A stretch of 64,000 bases of DNA from Candidatus Dormiibacterota bacterium. Its GTDB lineage: Bacteria > Acidobacteriota > Terriglobia > Acidiferrales > UBA7541. A program made the position numbers and the translations under genes. Positions 21,350-31,828 of this stretch are shown here, piece after piece; position 1 is the stretch's first letter; each line of letters begins with the position of its first letter. Where the stretch lies: contig DATLRW010000197.1 of the NCBI GenBank assembly GCA_035534495.1, forward strand, positions 1,561 to 65,560, read 5' to 3'. The notes below the pieces were generated by a model. That model ran no database searches. It was not told where the DNA came from and saw only the letters and a list, made by a program, of their open reading frames with translations.

Positions 21350-22768
21350 TTATTCCAGGTCGACGCCGTTTTCCCGGACGTCTACGAAATGGCCGGCGAT
21401 CGCCGTCGCCGCCGCTGTGATCGGGCTCACCAGGTGCGTGCGTCCGCCCTTGCCTTGGCGCCCCTCGAAATTCCGGTTCGACGTGCTGGCGCTGCGCATG
21501 CCCGCCGGGAGCACGTCCTCGTTCATCCCGATGCACATGGAACAGCCCGAATCGCGCCACTCGAATCCCGCGGCGGTGAAAATCCTGTCGAGCCCTTCCT
21601 TTTCCGCCTGCGCCTTGATCTGCCGCGATCCCGGCACGATGAGCGCCGCTTTCACGTTCGAGGCGATGCGCTTGCCGGCCACGACGCGGCTGGCGGCGCG
21701 CAGGTCCTCGATGCGCGAATTCGTGCAGGAACCGATAAAAATGTAATCCACCGGAACGTCTTCAATGGCCTGGCCCGGCCGGAGCGCCATGTATTCGAGC
21801 GCGCGGCGGGCGGCCTGCTGCTGCAGCGGATCGGCGAAGGAATCGGGCGACGGCACGCGTTCGGTGACGCCGGCGACCATGCCGGGGTTGGTGCCCCAGG
21901 TAACCTGCGGAACCAGTTTCGTCGCGTCGATTTCCTGCGTCTTGCTGAAAACGGACCCGGGGTCGGTCGAGAGCGTCTTCCAGTAGTCGACCGCCGCTTG
22001 AAAATCTTTCCCGCGCGGCGCGAAGGGCCGGCCGTCGAGATAGGCGAAGGTGGTTTCGTCGGGCGCGACCATTCCGGCGCGCGCGCCGGCTTCGATCGAC
22101 ATGTTGCAAACCGTCATGCGCCCTTCCATCGACAACCCGGCAATCGCCTCGCCCGCGTATTCGATCACGTGGCCCACGCCGGCCGCGATTCCGATCCTGC
22201 CGATGATCGCCAGCACGATGTCCTTGGCCGTTACCCCGCGCGGGCGTTTTCCGCTCACGCGCACGAGCATGGGAGAGGAGCGGTATTCGCGCAGGCATTG
22301 TGTCGCGAGCACGTGCTCGACGCCGCTGGTGCCGATCCCGAAGGCCAGCGCGCCGAAGGCGCCGTGCGTCGATGTGTGGCTGTCGCCGCACACGATGGTC
22401 AGGCCCGGCTGCGTGAGCCCCAGCTCCGGTCCGATGATGTGCACGATGCCCTGGTTGGCGCTGTTCATGTCGATCAGCGGCACGTTGAATTCCCGGCAAT
22501 TGCGGGCCAGCGCTTCGAATTGGCCGCGCGCGTCGGCGTCCAGAATCGGCAGCTCGCGGTGCTTGGTGGGCACGGAATGATCCATGACCGCGAAGGTCAG
22601 ATCGGGCCGTCGCACCGAGCGCCCCGCGGCCTTCAGGCCGGCAAAGGCGGGCGGCGTGGTGACCTCGTGAACCAGGTGCCGGTCGATGTAGATCAGCGAA
22701 GGGCGTCCCGGCGCCTCGGTGACGACGTGTGAGTCCCAGATTTTTTCGTAGAGAGTGCGGGCAGCCAT
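21350..22768 (-). CDS. leuC: 3-isopropylmalate dehydratase large subunit
   Basis: Start chosen at ATG 22768 ([16 protein letters not shown]) inside track ORF 21350..22918. Aconitase-family motifs [23 protein letters not shown] and NRNFEGRQG. Confidence 0.92.
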   Translation of the reverse strand: MAARTLYEKIWDSHVVTEAPGRPSLIYIDRHLVHEVTTPPAFAGLKAAGRSVRRPDLTFAVMDHSVPTKHRELPILDADARGQFEALARNCREFNVPLIDMNSANQGIVHIIGPELGLTQPGLTIVCGDSHTSTHGAFGALAFGIGTSGVEHVLATQCLREYRSSPMLVRVSGKRPRGVTAKDIVLAIIGRIGIAAGVGHVIEYAGEAIAGLSMEGRMTVCNMSIEAGARAGMVAPDETTFAYLDGRPFAPRGKDFQAAVDYWKTLSTDPGSVFSKTQEIDATKLVPQVTWGTNPGMVAGVTERVPSPDSFADPLQQQAARRALEYMALRPGQAIEDVPVDYIFIGSCTNSRIEDLRAASRVVAGKRIASNVKAALIVPGSRQIKAQAEKEGLDRIFTAAGFEWRDSGCSMCIGMNEDVLPAGMRSASTSNRNFEGRQGKGGRTHLVSPITAAATAIAGHFVDVRENGVDLE

Positions 22769-22906
22769 ATCGTTATCGTTTCCCGTGTGAATTCTATCAA
22801 ACCGGCCGCGGAAAGGGAAAGGCGGCCACGGGCCGTCCCCCGCTTTCCGGGCCGGTTTCTGCTGTGGAACGGGCGCGTTCTTGGCCGGAGCGGCGTTAAC
22901 GCCTGG

Positions 22907-22915
22907 TGATATAAT
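22907..22915 (+). promoter_or_regulatory. Candidate extended -10 promoter element (TGATATAAT) upstream of the HtrA gene
   Basis: TG-N-TATAAT matches the extended -10 consensus exactly. It sits in a short AT-rich island within the leuC/htrA divergent intergenic region, ~95 nt upstream of ATG 23011. No good -35 is present. Confidence 0.35.
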
Positions 22916-23010
22916 CATACAGTTCGCGACCGGTGACGGGGAACCGGAGCTCAGGCGTGGTGCCAGGGAACGCTTGTTTCGAAGGCATCGGATCGCGACG
23001 GGAGCCGTAA

Positions 23011-24573
23011 ATGAGCGTCGTTTTACGCGACCTCGCGGACTGGGCCCGCCGTCGGAAGATTTTTGCCGCTCTTCTCGTTGCCCTCACGCTAGGATTGGGA
23101 ATCCTGATCGGAAGCGTTGTTTCCGGCCGTGTGGCCGCCAACCGGCCATCGTCGGGGGCGGATGTGAGCCTGTTGCCGGTGCCGAGTCCAATCCGGCTGT
23201 CGGACACTTTTTCCGAGATCGTGGCCCGCGTGGAGCCGGCCGTCGTCAACATTTCCACCACGCAACTCATCCAGCCGTCCAAGGGTGCCGGGCAGGACCC
23301 CGGCTCCGGCCCGGACGATCCCCTTGGTGGTTTCTTCGGCCGATTCTTCAATAATCCCGCCCAGCCTCGGGCGGAGCGCAGCCTGGGTTCGGGCGTGATC
23401 CTCGACTCGAGGGGCTATATCCTCACGAATGAGCACGTGATCGACGGCGCAACGAAAATCGAGGTTACCCTCAACGGCGACCCCAATCGCTATTCCGGCC
23501 GCCTGGTTGGCCAGGACAGCGAAACCGATCTGGCCGTTATCAAGATCAAGGCCGGACGCGAGCTTCCCGTCGTGCACATGGGAAATTCTGACGGCGTCGA
23601 AGTCGGCGAATGGGTACTGGCCTTCGGCAGTCCCTTCACGCTCCAAGGCACCGTAACCGCGGGCATCGTGAGTGCCAAGGATCGCAACGGCGTGGGCCAG
23701 CAGCTGCAGCACTTCATCCAGACCGACGCCGCGATCAATCCGGGTAACTCCGGCGGGCCGCTGGTCGATATGGCCGGCGATGTGATCGGCATCAACACGG
23801 CGATTTTCACCGGCGGGCAGAGTTTCGAAGGGGTTGGTTTCGCCCTTCCGTCGGATACCGCGATCGCCGTCTACAACCAGTTGGTTTCGCACGGACACGT
23901 TGTTCGCGGCTCGATCGGCGTCACCTTTCAGGATCAGACGAGCGAGAATCCCCTCGCCCTGAAAGAACTCGGCGCCCCGTACGGCATCATCCTCGAAAGC
24001 ATCAAGCCCGGCAGCCCCGCGGCGAAAGCGGGTCTCGAGCCGGGTGACGTGATCGTCTCGCTGAACGGCGACCCGGTCCGCACGGGCAACGATCTGGTGA
24101 ATCCGATCATGCGGACTCCGATCGGCCAGTCGGTGGAAATCGGCTATATCCGCAACGGGAAAAAGTATCGGGTCCCCGTCGTTGTCGCCGACCGGGACAA
24201 GCTTTTTCCGCAGCTCGCCGGGAACCCCGAGGCCAACCCGAATTCCGCGCCCCTGCCCGTTTCCAATACGCTGGGCCTCACCGTGGACGGGCTCACCCCG
24301 GACCTTGCCGCGCGCCTGGGGTTCAGCAAGAATCTGCGCGGCGTTATCGTGCGCGCTGTCGAGCCGATCAGCTTCGCCGACGACGCCGGTTTTCATCCGG
24401 GGGATTTAATTGTGGCGATCAATCGCACTCCGGTGTACACTGTCCAGGATTTTCAGAGGGCGTTGTCGAAAATTCAGCCGGGTGAGGACCTATTGTTCAA
24501 AGTCGTACGGCGACAGGCGGACAATCAGAACCTCATCGTATTTCTGGCGGGCGTGATGCCCGGGGGAAGGTGA
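23011..24573 (+). CDS. Periplasmic serine endoprotease, DegP/HtrA (Do) family, with two PDZ domains
   Basis: 520-aa ORF with an N-terminal TM/signal anchor, catalytic contexts TNEHVI (His), DLAVIK (Asp) and GNSGGPL (Ser), and two PDZ-like segments ([15 protein letters not shown] and [13 protein letters not shown]). Confidence 0.9.
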   Translation: MSVVLRDLADWARRRKIFAALLVALTLGLGILIGSVVSGRVAANRPSSGADVSLLPVPSPIRLSDTFSEIVARVEPAVVNISTTQLIQPSKGAGQDPGSGPDDPLGGFFGRFFNNPAQPRAERSLGSGVILDSRGYILTNEHVIDGATKIEVTLNGDPNRYSGRLVGQDSETDLAVIKIKAGRELPVVHMGNSDGVEVGEWVLAFGSPFTLQGTVTAGIVSAKDRNGVGQQLQHFIQTDAAINPGNSGGPLVDMAGDVIGINTAIFTGGQSFEGVGFALPSDTAIAVYNQLVSHGHVVRGSIGVTFQDQTSENPLALKELGAPYGIILESIKPGSPAAKAGLEPGDVIVSLNGDPVRTGNDLVNPIMRTPIGQSVEIGYIRNGKKYRVPVVVADRDKLFPQLAGNPEANPNSAPLPVSNTLGLTVDGLTPDLAARLGFSKNLRGVIVRAVEPISFADDAGFHPGDLIVAINRTPVYTVQDFQRALSKIQPGEDLLFKVVRRQADNQNLIVFLAGVMPGGR

Positions 24574-25115
24574 TACGGTTGCGACGAATCGAGCGAGCGA
24601 TCGTGCCCCTGATACTGGCCGCGTTCGCCATCGCGGCGCCATGCATTTTGCACGCCGCAACCGTTCGCCGCGTGAAGCGCAAAGCGGCCCACAAAGCCCG
24701 CCTGCATTCGGTTCCTCGCCACCATGTCGCCTACGTTCGGACCCGGCGTAAGATTACCCATGCCGTTCCCTCGCACCGCGCCAAGCGCAAGTATTACCGG
24801 CCTCGCTACCACAAGTACCGGCGGACTCCCCGGCGCGTTTCCCGGTTCCGCACTCAGGTCCGGCCCAGTTCCAATCGCATCGACCAGATCCAGCAGGCGC
24901 TGGCTCGCGCCGGTTTCTATCAGGGCGACCCGTCCGGCCAGTGGGATTCCAGCACCATCGGCGCCATGAGGGACTTTCAGGTGGCGCACGGCCTAAATCC
25001 CACGGGCAAAATCGACGCGACGACCCTGCAACAACTCGGCCTCGGCTCCGATGTCGCCGGCCTGGCTCCGCCGCGGCCGCTCATTGCGGACAACAGCTCC
25101 GGCTCGAGCGAATAG
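24570..25115 (+). CDS. Peptidoglycan-binding (PG_binding_1) domain protein with an extremely basic linker
   Basis: 181-aa ORF. The GTG start overlaps the htrA stop (GTGA at 24570-24573). It has a signal/anchor, a ~90-aa Arg/Lys/His-rich stretch, then IQQALARAGFYQGDPSGQWDSSTIGAMRDFQVAHGLNPTGKID, a PG_binding_1 pattern. Confidence 0.7.
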   Translation: MIRLRRIERAIVPLILAAFAIAAPCILHAATVRRVKRKAAHKARLHSVPRHHVAYVRTRRKITHAVPSHRAKRKYYRPRYHKYRRTPRRVSRFRTQVRPSSNRIDQIQQALARAGFYQGDPSGQWDSSTIGAMRDFQVAHGLNPTGKIDATTLQQLGLGSDVAGLAPPRPLIADNSSGSSE

Positions 25116-25247
25116 CCGCCAGCGAACTTCGCTGCCGAAATCCGTTTCCCACGCGCTCGTTTTTGCCCCCGCAGCAACACGATCTCCTGATCCGCCGCGC
25201 CGGCTTGAAACGCGCCCGGCTTGACGGAAGCCCCGTTTGACTGACGT

Positions 25248-26786
25248 TTGCTAGGAGGCTGCTTGGCTCCCACGACTGCTCCGAACATCTATCGAAATTT
25301 CATCGACGGCGAATGGGTCGATTCGAGAGGCGGCCGGACCCTCGAGAATCGCAATCCGGCCCGCCACGACGACGTCATCGGCCGCTTTCCCGCCTCCGAT
25401 CATCGGGACGTGGACGCCGCCGTCGAAGCCGCCATCCGGGCCTTTCCCTCCTGGCGTTTGACGCCGGCTCCCAAGCGCGCCGAAATCCTCTTTCGCGCCG
25501 CCGAATGGATGGTCGCGCGCAAAGAAGATCTTTCCCGCGAGATGACGCGCGAGATGGGCAAGATCCTGGTCGAAACCCGCGGCGACGTCCAGGAAGCCAT
25601 CGATATGACCTACTACATGGCCGGCGAGGGCCGCCGCCAGTTCGGCCAGACGACGCCGTCCGAGCTCCAAAACAAATTCGCCATGAGCATCCGCGAGCCG
25701 ATTGGCCCGTGCGGCCTCGTCACGCCGTGGAATTTTCCCATGGCGATTCCGTCGTGGAAGATCATGCCGGCCCTCATCCTGGGCAACACGGTCGTGCTCA
25801 AGCCCGGCGAGGACACCCCGTTTTCCTCCTGCCGTCTGGTCGAAATTTTAGGCGAGGCCGGTTTGCCGCCGGGCGTCGTGAACCTGGTGACGGGCCTGGG
25901 CGAAGAGGCCGGCGAGCCGCTGGTTCGTCACCCGGGCGTCAGGCTCGTCAGCTTTACCGGCTCGACGGAAACCGGGCGCAAGATCAACCAGATCTGCGCG
26001 GCCGATCTCAAACATTGCCACCTGGAGATGGGCGGCAAGAACATCATCATCGTCATGGACGACGCCAATCTGGATCTCGCGATCGACGGCGCCGTCTGGG
26101 GCGGCTTCGGAACGACCGGCCAGCGCTGCACGGCCGCCAGCCGCATTGCGGTCCACAAGAAGGTGTACCGCGAATTCCTGGACCGACTCGTCCGGCGCGC
26201 CGCCGCGTTGCGCGTCGGCGACGGTCTCGACCCATCAATCGAAATGGGCCCGCTGATCAACCGCCAGCAGCTCGAAACGGTCACGCGCTATGTGGCGATC
26301 GGCCGAGAGGAGGGCGCGCGCCTGGCGACCGGCGGCCATCGCCTGGAAGGCGGCGCGTGGGAAAAGGGCTGGTTTTTCGAGCCGACCGTTTTCGCCGATT
26401 GCGATCCGAAAATGCGGATCAGCCAGGAGGAGATCTTCGGGCCGGTGGTTTCGGTCATTCCCGTGGACGATTACGAGGAGGCGGTTCGCGTCGCCAACGG
26501 CGTCGCCTACGGCCTTTCGGCGGCCATCTACACGCGCGACGTCAATCGCGCCTTTCGCGCCATGCGCGAACTCGAAACGGGCATCGTTTACGTCAACGCG
26601 CCCACTATCGGCGCGGAGACCCATCTGCCGTTCGGCGGGATCAAGCAGACCGGCAACGGCCACCGCGAAGCGGCCGTTGCGGCGCTCGACTTTTACTCGG
26701 AATGGAAGTCGCTCTACATCGACTATTCCGACCGCCTGCAGCGCGCCCAGATCGATACGGGGGAATTTGGCGATACCGGCGACTAG
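25248..26786 (+). CDS. NAD(P)-dependent aldehyde dehydrogenase
   Basis: 512-aa ORF with VTPWNFP, VLKPGE, catalytic Glu LEMGGKN and catalytic Cys [10 protein letters not shown] more likely start is TTG 25263, 4 nt after AGGAGG (25253-25258). Confidence 0.85.
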   Translation: MLGGCLAPTTAPNIYRNFIDGEWVDSRGGRTLENRNPARHDDVIGRFPASDHRDVDAAVEAAIRAFPSWRLTPAPKRAEILFRAAEWMVARKEDLSREMTREMGKILVETRGDVQEAIDMTYYMAGEGRRQFGQTTPSELQNKFAMSIREPIGPCGLVTPWNFPMAIPSWKIMPALILGNTVVLKPGEDTPFSSCRLVEILGEAGLPPGVVNLVTGLGEEAGEPLVRHPGVRLVSFTGSTETGRKINQICAADLKHCHLEMGGKNIIIVMDDANLDLAIDGAVWGGFGTTGQRCTAASRIAVHKKVYREFLDRLVRRAAALRVGDGLDPSIEMGPLINRQQLETVTRYVAIGREEGARLATGGHRLEGGAWEKGWFFEPTVFADCDPKMRISQEEIFGPVVSVIPVDDYEEAVRVANGVAYGLSAAIYTRDVNRAFRAMRELETGIVYVNAPTIGAETHLPFGGIKQTGNGHREAAVAALDFYSEWKSLYIDYSDRLQRAQIDTGEFGDTGD

Positions 26787-26843
26787 CGGTTCTTTCGAGG
26801 ACAGAGGTAAAAGCCCGGAGAGATTCCTCCCGAAGTTTTCGGT

Positions 26844-28811
26844 TCAGCCGGTTCTCTTGATCGGCGGTAAATCTACCGCATCCTTTTTCTCCGCCGTCCG
26901 CCGCTGGTAGAGGAAGGAAACCAGCAGCAGGAGAATCCCCAGAACCAGGAACGACAGGATGCGATAGAAACGTTCGAGCGACGAGAGGTCGTGCAGGAAC
27001 ACTTTTCCGACCGTCAGCGCGAAGAGCGCCAGCGCTTCCCACCGCAGCAGCGCCGATTTCCGGGCGATGCCCAGGACGATCAGGCCCGTTGCAAACAGCG
27101 TCCACAGCACGGACAAGCCCATCTGCTGCGCCGCGCGATGCTCCATTCCCGCCAGGGCCAGGCGCCCGAACAGGTCCCATACTTCGAGCGAAAGCGCCAG
27201 CAGGGAATACCCGCTCACCGCGACCAGCAAAACCCCTCGGATGTTCTTTTCTCGCGGCTGCATGCCGCCGGCGGAACGGCTCAGGGCCGCCGCCATCGAA
27301 AAACAGCCCACGCAGGCGGCAAACGTCCCCATCCGGGCGTTCCACAAAAACAGGTGCACCGGGATTTCGAGCGCGACCAGCCGGATGGCCACCACGCCCA
27401 GCACGAGCAACCCGGCCGCGCGCTCGCGCCACGACCCGGCTCGCGCCCCGGCCCATACCAACACCGCCCCTTCGACCGCCCATGCAATCGTGAGCCACTG
27501 GTGGTCCAGGCGCGCTGGCAGGGCCAGGGTTGCCGATAGCAGGGCCAGAGTTGTCATCAATCGCCGCAGCGTCAGCGACCCCTCCGGCAGCGCGCGGCGC
27601 TCGGCCATGTGGGCCGCTGCCAGCAGCAGAAACGCGGCCGTCAGCAGCCAGCGGTGATCGGGGCGCAGCAGAACCCATAGCGCGATGAGGAAGCAGCAGA
27701 GGTTCGCCGTCACCACGGCCAGTTCCGCCCCCGCCATGCGGCCCCTGCGCCGCCCGTGGAGCGTCGGCAGGGCGGCGAATATCAGAAAAAACAGGGCGGC
27801 GAAGGCCAGCGTTGTCCACAGCTGCTGCCCGGAGTAGAAAGCGGCGTACCACGCCCAGAAATAGAGCTCGATCAAGAAGAATGTCAGGAGGGGAAGCCAC
27901 GGCCAGCGCCGCACGCGCTCGACGCCGATCATTCCGGCCGCCAGCACGGCGTTGTAGCTGAACAGGACGAATTCGTGCGCTCGTCCCGTGCTCAGCAGAA
28001 TCGGGGAAAGAAACCCACCGGCGAGCGCCACGACGATCAGCCGCTGCGAATCGCGCCGGATGGCGATGGCCGCCGTCACGGCGGTAATTACGGCCATTGC
28101 CGCCAGGGCCGTTCCGGCGGTGAAGAGCCGGTAGTAATGCCATCCGCCCCAGATCGAGAGGTAGAGCACCGAAGAGCCCAGCCCGGCGATTGCTTCGGAA
28201 AAATACCGGTATCCCCGGCGCATCAGCGGGTGACTCCAGAGCAGCACCAAAGTTCCGGCGACCAGGCCCACTTCGACGCGCCCGCGCGGGCCCACCCAAT
28301 GGCTGTCGAAGGCGTACTTGATGAAAAAGGCTACCGCGAACAGGATGGCGGCGATCCCAAAGTAGATCAGCCATCGTTCCGCGAGCACCGATTCCAGATC
28401 GAAGCCGCCCGGCGGGGCCGTTTTCGGTAAGGGAAGAATGACCGTTCGGCGCGGCGCGGGTTCAGAAGGAATGGGAGCCGGAACCGCCTTCTCCGGCGCG
28501 GCTTGCCCTTCGAGCGCCGCCAGACGTCTCTCGATTGCGTCGAGCCGCTCCTGGAGGGTTCTCGGGTTTTGCAGTGGCGTGCGAGTGGCGCCCTGGCCAG
28601 AGCCAGAGCCGGGGCCGGGTGTCCGGGATTCCAGCCGGCGGATGCGCGCCGACGCGTATATCGCCAGCGCCGGTAGGGCCACCAGCAGGGCAAGGAAGAG
28701 CGCGATGAGCAGAGTTGCGTCGATGGGTCCCTCGACCGCGCCTCGCATCCGAGGCCGGTATCGAAATTTCGCCTTCCCGCTCTGCTTCGGCCGGCGAGCC
28801 GGAGTATACAC
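26844..28811 (-). CDS. Large polytopic membrane protein (DUF2339-like)
   Basis: 655-aa ORF. After an N-terminal anchor and coiled segment (LQERLDAIERRLAALEG) there are ~15 or more hydrophobic helices. The track start is GTG 28811. ATG 28748 is an alternative. The family assignment is from memory of the architecture only. Confidence 0.7.
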   Translation of the reverse strand: MYTPARRPKQSGKAKFRYRPRMRGAVEGPIDATLLIALFLALLVALPALAIYASARIRRLESRTPGPGSGSGQGATRTPLQNPRTLQERLDAIERRLAALEGQAAPEKAVPAPIPSEPAPRRTVILPLPKTAPPGGFDLESVLAERWLIYFGIAAILFAVAFFIKYAFDSHWVGPRGRVEVGLVAGTLVLLWSHPLMRRGYRYFSEAIAGLGSSVLYLSIWGGWHYYRLFTAGTALAAMAVITAVTAAIAIRRDSQRLIVVALAGGFLSPILLSTGRAHEFVLFSYNAVLAAGMIGVERVRRWPWLPLLTFFLIELYFWAWYAAFYSGQQLWTTLAFAALFFLIFAALPTLHGRRRGRMAGAELAVVTANLCCFLIALWVLLRPDHRWLLTAAFLLLAAAHMAERRALPEGSLTLRRLMTTLALLSATLALPARLDHQWLTIAWAVEGAVLVWAGARAGSWRERAAGLLVLGVVAIRLVALEIPVHLFLWNARMGTFAACVGCFSMAAALSRSAGGMQPREKNIRGVLLVAVSGYSLLALSLEVWDLFGRLALAGMEHRAAQQMGLSVLWTLFATGLIVLGIARKSALLRWEALALFALTVGKVFLHDLSSLERFYRILSFLVLGILLLLVSFLYQRRTAEKKDAVDLPPIKRTG

Positions 28812-28941
28812 CCGGGCGTCTCCCCAAGCACCGGCGGTCCGCTTCCCCCCTGCGCCGAATTGACATCTTAGGTAAAATACAAAAAAGGAATGGAACTGAC
28901 TGCCGGAGAATGTCGATCCGGCGCGGCGGTGTGGAAACGCG

Positions 28942-29991
28942 ATGAACCAGGAAACACTTTCGGAAAGGCACGAGAAAGTTCTGGCCGAAGTTGTCCGCGC
29001 CTATATCGAGAGCGGACAGCCGGTATCCTCGCGCGCCATCGTTCGCCGGCACGCCGAGCACCTGAGCCCGGCGACCATTCGCAACGTGATGGCCGACCTC
29101 GAGGATTCCGGCTACCTGTGCCACCCGCATACGTCGGCGGGCCGCCTGCCCACCGCCGCCGGCTACCGCTATTTCATCGACCGCTTCGCGGCCCTGGCGC
29201 AGGTGAGTCAAGACGACGAGCTATGGATTCGCCGCGAGATGGATTCGGCCACTTCCTTCGATCAGGCCTTCGAGCGCGCCGGCCACATTCTCGCCAAGGT
29301 GTCTCACGGGCTCGGCTGGATTCTGTGTCCGCCGCTTTCGCGCTCCTCGATCAAGCACATCCGCTTTCTTCTCATGCCCGACGGCCGCGTCCTCGTCGTA
29401 CTGATTTCCGAAGGCGGCCGCGCCCGCGACAAGATCATTCGCACCGAATGCGCCTTTACCCAGGCGGAGCTGGACCGCATCGCCGGCGACCTGAATCGTC
29501 ATTATCCCGGCTGGACGATCGAGGCCATCCGCGTCGATCTGACCCGGCGTCTGGCTCGCGACCAGGATTCCTACGGCCATCTGGCCGCGCGCGCGATTCT
29601 GCTCTGCGATCCGAATCTGCTCGAGGAGGATGTCGCCCGCCAACTGTACCTGGAGGGCGCCGCCGAGATTGTCGCCGCGCCGGAATTTGCCGACCCCGGG
29701 CGCCTGAGCGATTTGATGGCCGCAATCGAGGAGAAACGCCGGCTGGTCGATCTTCTCTCCAGTTGCATCGAAACGCCCGAGCCCGTCTCGGTTCGCATCG
29801 GGCTGAGCGAAATGGCCGTCGCCGGCTCCAGTCTGGTGCTGATCAGCGCACCGTTCGGCGACCCCAATCGCGCCCCGGGCACGTTGGGCATTCTCGGGCC
29901 CCTGCGCATGGATTACGAGCGGGCGATCACCGCCGCCGCCTTTCTTGCCAAGCACGTCAGTTCAACCCTGAGCGGAGTGAGCACGCCTTGA
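28942..29991 (+). CDS. hrcA: Heat-inducible transcription repressor HrcA
   Basis: 349-aa ORF with an N-terminal winged-helix segment LSERHEKVLAEVVRAYIESGQPVSSRAI and HPHTSAGRLPT, immediately upstream of grpE and dnaJ. Confidence 0.9.
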   Translation: MNQETLSERHEKVLAEVVRAYIESGQPVSSRAIVRRHAEHLSPATIRNVMADLEDSGYLCHPHTSAGRLPTAAGYRYFIDRFAALAQVSQDDELWIRREMDSATSFDQAFERAGHILAKVSHGLGWILCPPLSRSSIKHIRFLLMPDGRVLVVLISEGGRARDKIIRTECAFTQAELDRIAGDLNRHYPGWTIEAIRVDLTRRLARDQDSYGHLAARAILLCDPNLLEEDVARQLYLEGAAEIVAAPEFADPGRLSDLMAAIEEKRRLVDLLSSCIETPEPVSVRIGLSEMAVAGSSLVLISAPFGDPNRAPGTLGILGPLRMDYERAITAAAFLAKHVSSTLSGVSTP

Positions 29992-30581
29992 GCCGTCCAA
30001 GCGACCGTCACCATCCAACCGAATCCGCCGAGTCCGAGACGGGAAGCAAGAGCCCGGCCGAGGCCGCCGCCCCCGATTCCACCGTCCTGGAAGAGGCGGA
30101 TCTGCGGCAGGAAGCCGACAAAATCGGCCGCCTCGAAGCCGAGCTGAAGGATTTGCGCCAAACGCTGGTCCTTCGCCAGGCGGACTTCGAGAATTACCGC
30201 AAGCGCGTGGAACGCGAGCGCCGCGAGGAGCGGGAACGGGCTCTCGGGCACCTGGCCGAATCGCTGCTACCGGTGCTGGATAATTTCGAACGCGCCCTGG
30301 CCTCTCACCAGGACCCGGCCTACGAGGATTATCTCCGCGGGTTTTCCATGATTCATCGCCAGCTGGCCGACCTGCTCGCCCAGAGCGGGGTTGTGCGCAT
30401 GCCGGACCCCACCGGTCAGCCTTTCGACCCGCGCGTGCACCATGCCCTCGAGAGCGTCGAAACCAGCGACTATCCCGAAGACACGGTCATCGGGGAGGTG
30501 CAGGCCGGCTACAAGTTCCGCGACCGCGTCCTGCGACCCGCACAGGTCCGCGTGGCCGCCGCGCCGCCCGAGGTCAACTGA
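29988..30581 (+). CDS. grpE: Nucleotide exchange factor GrpE
   Basis: C-terminal part of track ORF 28890..30581 with the GrpE motifs ADFENYRKRVERE, LLPVLDNFERA, FDPRVHHAL and GYKFRDRVLRPAQV. The only plausible start is TTG 29988, which overlaps the hrcA TGA (29989-29991). The first in-frame ATG is far downstream. Confidence 0.85.
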   Translation: MSRPSDRHHPTESAESETGSKSPAEAAAPDSTVLEEADLRQEADKIGRLEAELKDLRQTLVLRQADFENYRKRVERERREERERALGHLAESLLPVLDNFERALASHQDPAYEDYLRGFSMIHRQLADLLAQSGVVRMPDPTGQPFDPRVHHALESVETSDYPEDTVIGEVQAGYKFRDRVLRPAQVRVAAAPPEVN

Positions 30582-30588
30582 ATTTCCG

Positions 30589-31740
30589 ATGCCCGAACAG
30601 GTGAAACGCGATTATTACGAAGTGCTGAGCGTTGCCCGCACCGCCAGCCCCGAGGAGATCAAGAGCGCTTACCGCAAGGCCGCTCTCCGCTGGCACCCGG
30701 ATCGCAACCCCGGCGATAAGAAACAGGCCGAGGAGCGCTTTCGCGAATGCTCCGAAGCCTACAGCGTTCTGAGCGACGGGCAGAAGCGTTCCGTCTACGA
30801 CCGCTTCGGCCACGCCGGTCTGGCCGACCGCCCGGTCATGGGCCCCGATTTCAGCCAGACGATTTTCGAGGAATTCCAGGACATTTTCGGCCTGGGCGAC
30901 CTGTTTGGGTTCGAGGAGCTGTTCGGCGGCGGACCGCGCCGCTCGGGTCGTACGCGCGCCGCGCGCGGGGCCGACCTGCGCTATGACCTGACGCTGAGCT
31001 TCGAGCAGGCCGCGGCCGGGGTCCACACGAAGATCAAGCTTCCGCGGCAGGAAACCTGCTCGGCCTGTCGCGGCACCGGAGCCAAGCCCGGCGCCGGCAT
31101 GGTCGCCTGCCAGTCGTGTCACGGGCGCGGCCAAATGCGCTATCAGCAGGGTCCGCTGGTCATCTCGCGCACCTGCCCCGCCTGCCGTGGAAACGGCAAG
31201 GTGATCCGCGATATATGCGGCTCATGCCAGGGCCGCGGGCGCGTCGAGCGCGACCGCACGATTGAAGTCCGCATCCCCGCCGGCGTCGATGCCGGCACCC
31301 GGCTCCGCATTTCCGGCGAAGGCGAAGCCGGCGCAAACGGCGGTCCGACCGGCGATCTCTACATCTACGTTCAGGTGCAGGAACACCCGTTTTTCGAGCG
31401 CCGCGGCTCCGATCTCTATTGCACGGTTCCGCTCAGCGTGCCGCAGGCGGTCCTGGGAACCGAAGTCATGATTCCCACGCTCAACGACGAGGAACACCTC
31501 AAGATTCCCGAGGGTTCTCAATCCGGCCAGATTTTCCGGCTGAAGGGAAAAGGCTTGTCCGACCCGCGCGAGGGCGGCCGGGGCGACCTGTACGTGAGCG
31601 TTCAGGTGGTCATGCCGTCGAAGCTGACTCGCGAGCAACGCAAGCTGTTCGAACAGCTCGCCGAAAGCCTACACATCGAAAACCGGCCCGCCAGCCGGAA
31701 TTCGGGCCTGTTCGAGCGCATCAAGGAAATCTTCAGCTAG
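30589..31740 (+). CDS. dnaJ: Molecular chaperone DnaJ
   Basis: Start at ATG 30589 (MPEQVKRDYYEVL). J-domain HPD (RWHPDRNP), a G/F-rich linker and four CxxCxG zinc-finger motifs (CSACRGTG, CQSCHGRG, CPACRGNG, CGSCQGRG). Confidence 0.93.
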   Translation: MPEQVKRDYYEVLSVARTASPEEIKSAYRKAALRWHPDRNPGDKKQAEERFRECSEAYSVLSDGQKRSVYDRFGHAGLADRPVMGPDFSQTIFEEFQDIFGLGDLFGFEELFGGGPRRSGRTRAARGADLRYDLTLSFEQAAAGVHTKIKLPRQETCSACRGTGAKPGAGMVACQSCHGRGQMRYQQGPLVISRTCPACRGNGKVIRDICGSCQGRGRVERDRTIEVRIPAGVDAGTRLRISGEGEAGANGGPTGDLYIYVQVQEHPFFERRGSDLYCTVPLSVPQAVLGTEVMIPTLNDEEHLKIPEGSQSGQIFRLKGKGLSDPREGGRGDLYVSVQVVMPSKLTREQRKLFEQLAESLHIENRPASRNSGLFERIKEIFS

Positions 31741-31828
31741 CCGCGCCCGCTTTCCACTCCGCGCTGCCTTCTATCTGCCAGACCCTTGCCTCGCCAGGCC
31801 CTCTGCCCGATAGCCATGCGCGGATAGT

